From Escherichia phage T2: a DNA stretch of 64,000 nucleotides. Positions 59,868 to 64,000 of this stretch are shown here, one piece after another. The notes under the pieces are model-generated. The model ran no database searches. It was not told the origin of the DNA and saw nothing but the letters and a program-made list of their open reading frames with translations. The stretch lies in sequence record NC_054931.1; one strand, given 5' to 3'. How positions within the stretch are numbered: the stretch's first letter is position 1; each line of letters starts with the position of its first letter. Made by a program: the position numbers and the translations under genes.

Positions 59868-60709
59868 TAGAATGCTCCTTGGAAAATATTATCACCACTA
59901 CCACTAGTAAGTCTATTAAAATACCCTGCGTCGCCAGGCTTAAAACTCCATGTATGGAATGGATGCATCTGGTGTGAGTGTGTATAATATGGATTATAAG
60001 GATTAAATCCAGGAGTTCTCCAGGTAGTGTTCCAAGGAAAAGAATCGTTTTTAATCATCTTCTCGATTGTATCTTTTATGGCTTTTTCACTATCAAAACT
60101 TTCTTTATTTTCCTTCGGCGAAAAAAGCTTATTTTCTACATCATTCCATGTATAAACCCGCTGAGCAGTTTTTGGAATATTGTCACGCTCTCCTCGAGCC
60201 ATCCAATAAACAGGAACACGTAATATTTCACTCGCATGGTCGCAGTGGTGAGCGAGATCGTCAATATAACAAATTACGTTATATTTCTCTTTTGCCTTTT
60301 TGAACAGCTCTTCTTTTGAAGAATCATGACCACACATCAATACTTCTGAGAAGGCACCAGGAAAAAGAGCATTCAAATTAAATTGACGATTCAGCAGAGC
60401 GTCAATAGAATCGCCCAATGCTGTAACAGCTACAAAATTATAATCTTCCTTTAATTTGTTAATTACACACAGAGCATCTTTATATGGAGACAAGTAACGA
60501 ATAAAATCTGAACGATTGTATTTTTCAATTAACTTGACACCAAGTTCTTCATCACAGTTAAAGAGTTTACCAGGTGAAATAAATTTCTCATCTTGGATCA
60601 TTTTTAAAATATGTTCTAACGGAAGATTATATTTCTGAGCAAAATAAGGAAGGCCTGATTGCCAGCTTAAACATACTCCATCAATATCAGTTAAAATAGT
60701 AGGCTTCAT
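59867..60709 (-). CDS. HAD-superfamily-like protein (T4 30.2 position)
   Basis: 280 aa; N-terminal ILTDIDGV resembles HAD motif I. Confidence 0.6.
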   Translation of the reverse strand: MKPTILTDIDGVCLSWQSGLPYFAQKYNLPLEHILKMIQDEKFISPGKLFNCDEELGVKLIEKYNRSDFIRYLSPYKDALCVINKLKEDYNFVAVTALGDSIDALLNRQFNLNALFPGAFSEVLMCGHDSSKEELFKKAKEKYNVICYIDDLAHHCDHASEILRVPVYWMARGERDNIPKTAQRVYTWNDVENKLFSPKENKESFDSEKAIKDTIEKMIKNDSFPWNTTWRTPGFNPYNPYYTHSHQMHPFHTWSFKPGDAGYFNRLTSGSGDNIFQGAF

Positions 60710-61164
60710 AGAGAGTCTCTTAATAGGTTTAACACATCAATAAATTCAGCTTCGGTTAGTATTGTATCATCTTTTGTTAGACCACTAGCCATGCTGTGCT
60801 TCAAAACTTTTCCTTTCGAGGCTAGTAATGCATCACGAAAGCCCTTGTTTTGAATCGCTGCTTCAAAATATGCATTTGTATATAATTCTTTCCACGCTGG
60901 GGAGTATCTTGAAAACGGAACTCCGAGCCAGAAGAGGGTCCCACGGTCCTGAGCTCTAGCATAAGACCTTCCAGCTTGTTGGGCGGCAAGCCCGGATAAC
61001 CCAAATATACGACGTTGTTGTTCAACATTTTTCACCTTGCATCCTTGGAGGAATCCTTCAAGACCTCCGAATTGAATACCATCCATGACGAAAGGCCATT
61101 GGGCGAAATTACTTAATGCGCATGATGGCCATCTAAAATTGCTTCTAATCTCTAACTCAGACAT
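60706..61164 (-). CDS. NADAR/YbiA (DUF1768)-family protein (T4 30.3 position)
   Basis: 152 aa; LSNFAQWPFVMDGIQF...EGFLQGCK aligns by eye with E. coli YbiA FSNFAAWPIKVDGKTW...EHYFQAQK. Confidence 0.6.
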   Translation of the reverse strand: MSELEIRSNFRWPSCALSNFAQWPFVMDGIQFGGLEGFLQGCKVKNVEQQRRIFGLSGLAAQQAGRSYARAQDRGTLFWLGVPFSRYSPAWKELYTNAYFEAAIQNKGFRDALLASKGKVLKHSMASGLTKDDTILTEAEFIDVLNLLRDSL

Positions 61165-61375
61165 CTTTAATACTTTATAATTTCAACATCCGCCCAATGA
61201 CCATAACTTGGCAGACGGTCTTCAATAGATAATCCACCATCATATTTAAGCATTTTAATTGTCATAATATGGCTCTAAATGGTCTTCTGTGAGCGTAGAA
61301 ACGTCAGTCACACGATAAGTAACTTCAACCATTTCCGTACCTAATAATTTCTGAATTAATTTCTTAAACATATTA

Positions 61376-61663
61376 TCAGAACCTCATCTGAAAACCGTGT
61401 GATTTAACATTACCGCCGCCAATATCAGAAATATTAATTTCACGCGCAATTGAAGGGTCAATGTCAATTTCGCGATTGAGTTTAGTGATAGCTAAAGTAT
61501 CACGCCCATTTACTGTACGGAATTCTAAAGGGCAGACTACATTAACGTAATTTTTAATCGATTCACTGGTAGGTTGCAAATGAGCAGGAAGGTCTTTAGG
61601 CGCCTTAGAGAAAACCACTTCACAAAAATTTTTGCGGGTATCAAAATAAGTAGTCATAAACAT
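61376..61663 (-). CDS. hypothetical protein, ~95 aa
   Basis: Track ORF trimmed to Met preceded by GAGGAAAA. Confidence 0.5.
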   Translation of the reverse strand: MFMTTYFDTRKNFCEVVFSKAPKDLPAHLQPTSESIKNYVNVVCPLEFRTVNGRDTLAITKLNREIDIDPSIAREINISDIGGGNVKSHGFQMRF

Positions 61664-61688
61664 AACATTTTCCTCAATAGGGGCCAAA

Positions 61689-61704
61689 GCCCCTCATTTA
61701 TTTT
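61689..61704 (-). terminator. intercistronic GC hairpin AGGGGCC-AAA-GCCCCT
   Basis: Perfect stem between two minus-strand genes. Confidence 0.4.
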
Positions 61705-62068
61705 AAATATCAAATTCGTTAAGAACTACATCAAAGATTGCTTCAAGATGCTCAGGTTTAGCTCTGTTACTCAGAATATGACGAATCCAAGTTTTAACCA
61801 AAAGCTTGCGATTAGCACCATTCCAGCAAGGATGAGTCCCTAAATCGCGTTGACGAAAATCATCATCCAGAGCGATTTTAAAGTTGGAACCTTCCATTGT
61901 GATTGAAACCGTGATGCCATTTTCAAATCGCATATAAACATAGTTAGGAGTCATATACTGTTCAATTTCGCATACTGATCCATTTTGATGTTTCCAAAGG
62001 CAGATAGTATCAATAGAACCTGCAATACCATTAGAAACATATTTACGTTCAAAGTTGATGTAGTTCAT
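61703..62068 (-). CDS. hypothetical protein, ~121 aa
   Basis: Track ORF trimmed to MNYINFERKY preceded by AAGGAG. Confidence 0.55.
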   Translation of the reverse strand: MNYINFERKYVSNGIAGSIDTICLWKHQNGSVCEIEQYMTPNYVYMRFENGITVSITMEGSNFKIALDDDFRQRDLGTHPCWNGANRKLLVKTWIRHILSNRAKPEHLEAIFDVVLNEFDI

Positions 62069-62089
62069 TTTTATTCTCCTTTGTTTGTG

Positions 62090-62127
62090 TAAGATAATAC
62101 TATCACAAAGGAACCATACTGTAAACA
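62090..62127 (-). promoter_or_regulatory. T4-type early promoter (-35 GTTTACA, -10 TAGTAT)
   Basis: Minus-strand GTTTAC (62121-62126) with 18-bp spacer; same family as the IP-locus promoters. Confidence 0.5.
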
Positions 62128-62149
62128 ACTTTATGCAATCTTTGGAAAA

Positions 62150-62176
62150 TAAAAAAGGACTCCCGAAGGAGTCCTC
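62150..62176 (-). terminator. rho-independent terminator
   Basis: Minus-strand hairpin AGGACTCC-TTCG-GGAGTCCT followed by TTTTTTATTTT. Confidence 0.65.
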
Positions 62177-62179
62177 AAC

Positions 62180-62356
62180 TTATGCTTTCTGCTTACCAAA
62201 ACGAGAAGCATCATCTCGAAGAACCGCACGTGCTCGGCGCATGATCTTCTCAACAGTTTGATTGATACGAGAGTTCGACCCACGCTTGTAGCCAGCGCGT
62301 TTAGAATCACCAACTTTCTTTTCAACTGCTTTCTTTGCTTTAGCTTGTTTTGCCAT
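62180..62356 (-). CDS. hypothetical small lysine/arginine-rich protein, 58 aa
   Basis: MAKQAKAKKAVEKKVGDSKRAGYKRG...; terminator immediately downstream. Confidence 0.5.
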   Translation of the reverse strand: MAKQAKAKKAVEKKVGDSKRAGYKRGSNSRINQTVEKIMRRARAVLRDDASRFGKQKA

Positions 62357-62644
62357 TATAAATTCTCTTTTAAACGAAAATGCAGGACTTATTGGCATTG
62401 CCTGCGAAAGCCCTCAAAGGGGTACTTAGGTTTTGAATATTTACCGACAGGATAACCATAAACCCGTCATCATACCACCAAGACTTACACAGATAACACT
62501 TTTCTGACGCATGATAGTAACATTCAAGAGGTACACCGTAAAACTGCCGGGGTCTTAAAACTATAATGATTCGCAAATCATTAATCAGACAGTTCGACGG
62601 CTCCTCGATTTTAGCTCACACTAAGGCAGTGAATCTCCAATAAA

Positions 62645-62893
62645 TTACTTCAATGTTACCACAAAGTGACGAACTGCTTTTCGCGCGGCAGAAGCCAGAG
62701 GCTTAGCATATTTAAGTTCATCTTTTTCCTGAAGCTCGGCAGCTAATGCAGTTTGAGCAGGATTCAGATGTTTGAAATAACGCAGGATTTCAAGAGCTTC
62801 GGCTTCAACATCAATAGATGCGCCATAGTTTTCGTGACCATTATTCCATGCGTTTCGTTGCAGTTCAAGAGCGTGTTGTAATTGTTTAATCAT
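62645..62893 (-). CDS. rIII: rIII lysis inhibition accessory protein
   Basis: 82 aa, matches T4 RIII. Confidence 0.9.
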   Translation of the reverse strand: MIKQLQHALELQRNAWNNGHENYGASIDVEAEALEILRYFKHLNPAQTALAAELQEKDELKYAKPLASAARKAVRHFVVTLK

Positions 62894-63029
62894 TTAAAAA
62901 TTCTCGTTAGAGATTAAAACTCGGTAGTCACGTTCTTCTGAATTTCATCTTCTTTCGACAGATCTCTCAGTTGTAGACTACCACATAGAATTGTTCGGTT
63001 AACTTATTATTCCGACACCCAATTCATAT

Positions 63030-63037
63030 TATTTATA
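63030..63037 (-). promoter_or_regulatory. late promoter TATAAATA on minus strand (rIII)
   Basis: Reverse complement TATTTATA abutting the gene 31 stop. Confidence 0.5.
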
Positions 63038-63373
63038 TCACTTATAAAGACACGGAATAGCTTTATAATGACAGGTAACGAATTTTTGTTTAATTTCTTT
63101 TGGCTGCTTAAGACCCAGAGCTACAAAAGGATGCGGAACGTTTCGAATTTGACCAACTGGAAGAGAAGTCAAATCACCAACTTCACAAAAACCTTCAGGA
63201 ACATCAGGACCGACAGAGTGAATTACACACAGTTCAGGAACTTCACCTTGAACACGTTTACCGATAATAAGTCCTGATTCTGTAACTTCTTCATCGCCGG
63301 CTTGTGCAGGTTCAGAAACTAAAATAACATATTCACCGACAGCACGAATTGGTAGCTGTTGTACTTCAGACAT
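63038..63373 (-). CDS. 31: co-chaperonin gp31 (GroES functional analogue)
   Basis: 111 aa [30 protein letters not shown]..., matches T4 gp31. Confidence 0.95.
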   Translation of the reverse strand: MSEVQQLPIRAVGEYVILVSEPAQAGDEEVTESGLIIGKRVQGEVPELCVIHSVGPDVPEGFCEVGDLTSLPVGQIRNVPHPFVALGLKQPKEIKQKFVTCHYKAIPCLYK

Positions 63374-63429
63374 CGTTTTTCCTTTTTGCTAACAGATGAA
63401 TTAATAATAACAAATAATTCTTAAAGCAT

Positions 63430-63738
63430 TTATTTACCAATAAATTGAAGCAAATGCTCAACTTTCATACCATTAACAGAAATCAATTTGTCAATAGAAA
63501 AACCTCGCCAAGCGCCAAGTTCAACATCAAATACTGGAATCATATCCGTAGATTCTTTCCGAGTAGATTCAGTCAATTTACCGGTTTGCATGGTTGGCAT
63601 AAAGTCTGCATCACGAGTACCTTTCATAGTACGAATAGTACCATCAGACTTTTCAAAAACTACGTTTGAAACACCCATGGACAATTTAGTTTTCAAAATT
63701 TCACGAATTGCTACTTTCTGCTCAGTTGTCAGTTTCAT
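63430..63738 (-). CDS. hypothetical protein (T4 31.1 position)
   Basis: 102-aa track ORF. Confidence 0.6.
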   Translation of the reverse strand: MKLTTEQKVAIREILKTKLSMGVSNVVFEKSDGTIRTMKGTRDADFMPTMQTGKLTESTRKESTDMIPVFDVELGAWRGFSIDKLISVNGMKVEHLLQFIGK

Positions 63739-63975
63739 TTATTTACCTATTACAGTTTTAATATGAGTTGTTCCACGTTCTTTAAGGGTGGAAAGTAATT
63801 TTTGGAATTTTTCTAAATCAGATTTCCAACTATATGGTTTATCAATACAAACCCAATTTGTCTTATAATACTGTTTCCATTTAGAGAAAAAATATTTCTT
63901 ATACTCTACAGCAAACGAGATGTTCTCATTAGAATAAGAACTAATTGCTGTGAGCTTTACCAAACGAAATTTCAT
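63739..63975 (-). CDS. hypothetical protein (T4 31.2 position)
   Basis: 78-aa track ORF. Confidence 0.55.
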   Translation of the reverse strand: MKFRLVKLTAISSYSNENISFAVEYKKYFFSKWKQYYKTNWVCIDKPYSWKSDLEKFQKLLSTLKERGTTHIKTVIGK

Positions 63976-64000
63976 TATTCACCGCAGAATTCGTTGATAT

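Noticed and set aside
62370-62576. 68-aa Cys/Trp-rich ORF as a real gene
   Set aside because: No ribosome-binding site and atypical composition; kept only as part of the unassigned-interval finding

Overview
The window is a contiguous ~64 kb segment of a T4-like (Tequatrovirus-type) myovirus genome: AT-rich, densely packed, with T4-style translational coupling (ATGA/TAATG overlaps). No database search was possible; assignments rest on reading the translations, recalled T4 protein sequences and lengths, and motif inspection. Left ~6.5 kb (minus strand): early accessory genes, a tRNA operon in two subclusters (9 tRNAs) split by a small HNH-like ORF, a tRNA-like stable RNA, and the hyperplastic internal-protein (IP) locus bounded by repeated early-promoter cassettes. 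6.5-39.9 kb: the late morphogenesis block, recognisable gene for gene as T4 57B, 57A, 1, 3, 2, 4 (minus) then 53, 5, 5.4, 6-12, wac, 13-20, 67, 68, 21-24 (plus), with TATAAATA late promoters and GC tetraloop hairpins at junctions. 39.9-64 kb: rnlB, 24.2, 24.3, hoc, inh (minus), uvsW, uvsW.1 (plus), uvsY, baseplate genes 25, 26 (minus) and 51, 27, 28, 29, 48, 54 (plus), two tandem alt-like ADP-ribosyltransferase genes, DNA ligase 30, the 30.x early genes, rIII, 31, 31.1, 31.2. Most notable: (i) two capsid-targeted internal-protein genes in duplicated promoter cassettes, the best candidates here for uncharacterised injected anti-defence effectors; (ii) an early three-gene cassette and a left-end membrane/coiled-coil module of unknown function; (iii) hoc broken into four reading frames and rnlB frameshifted at codon 5 while all essential genes are intact; (iv) a tRNA set that differs from T4 (Tyr and Asn present, no Thr); (v) tandem divergent Alt paralogs. 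The phage is not T4 itself.
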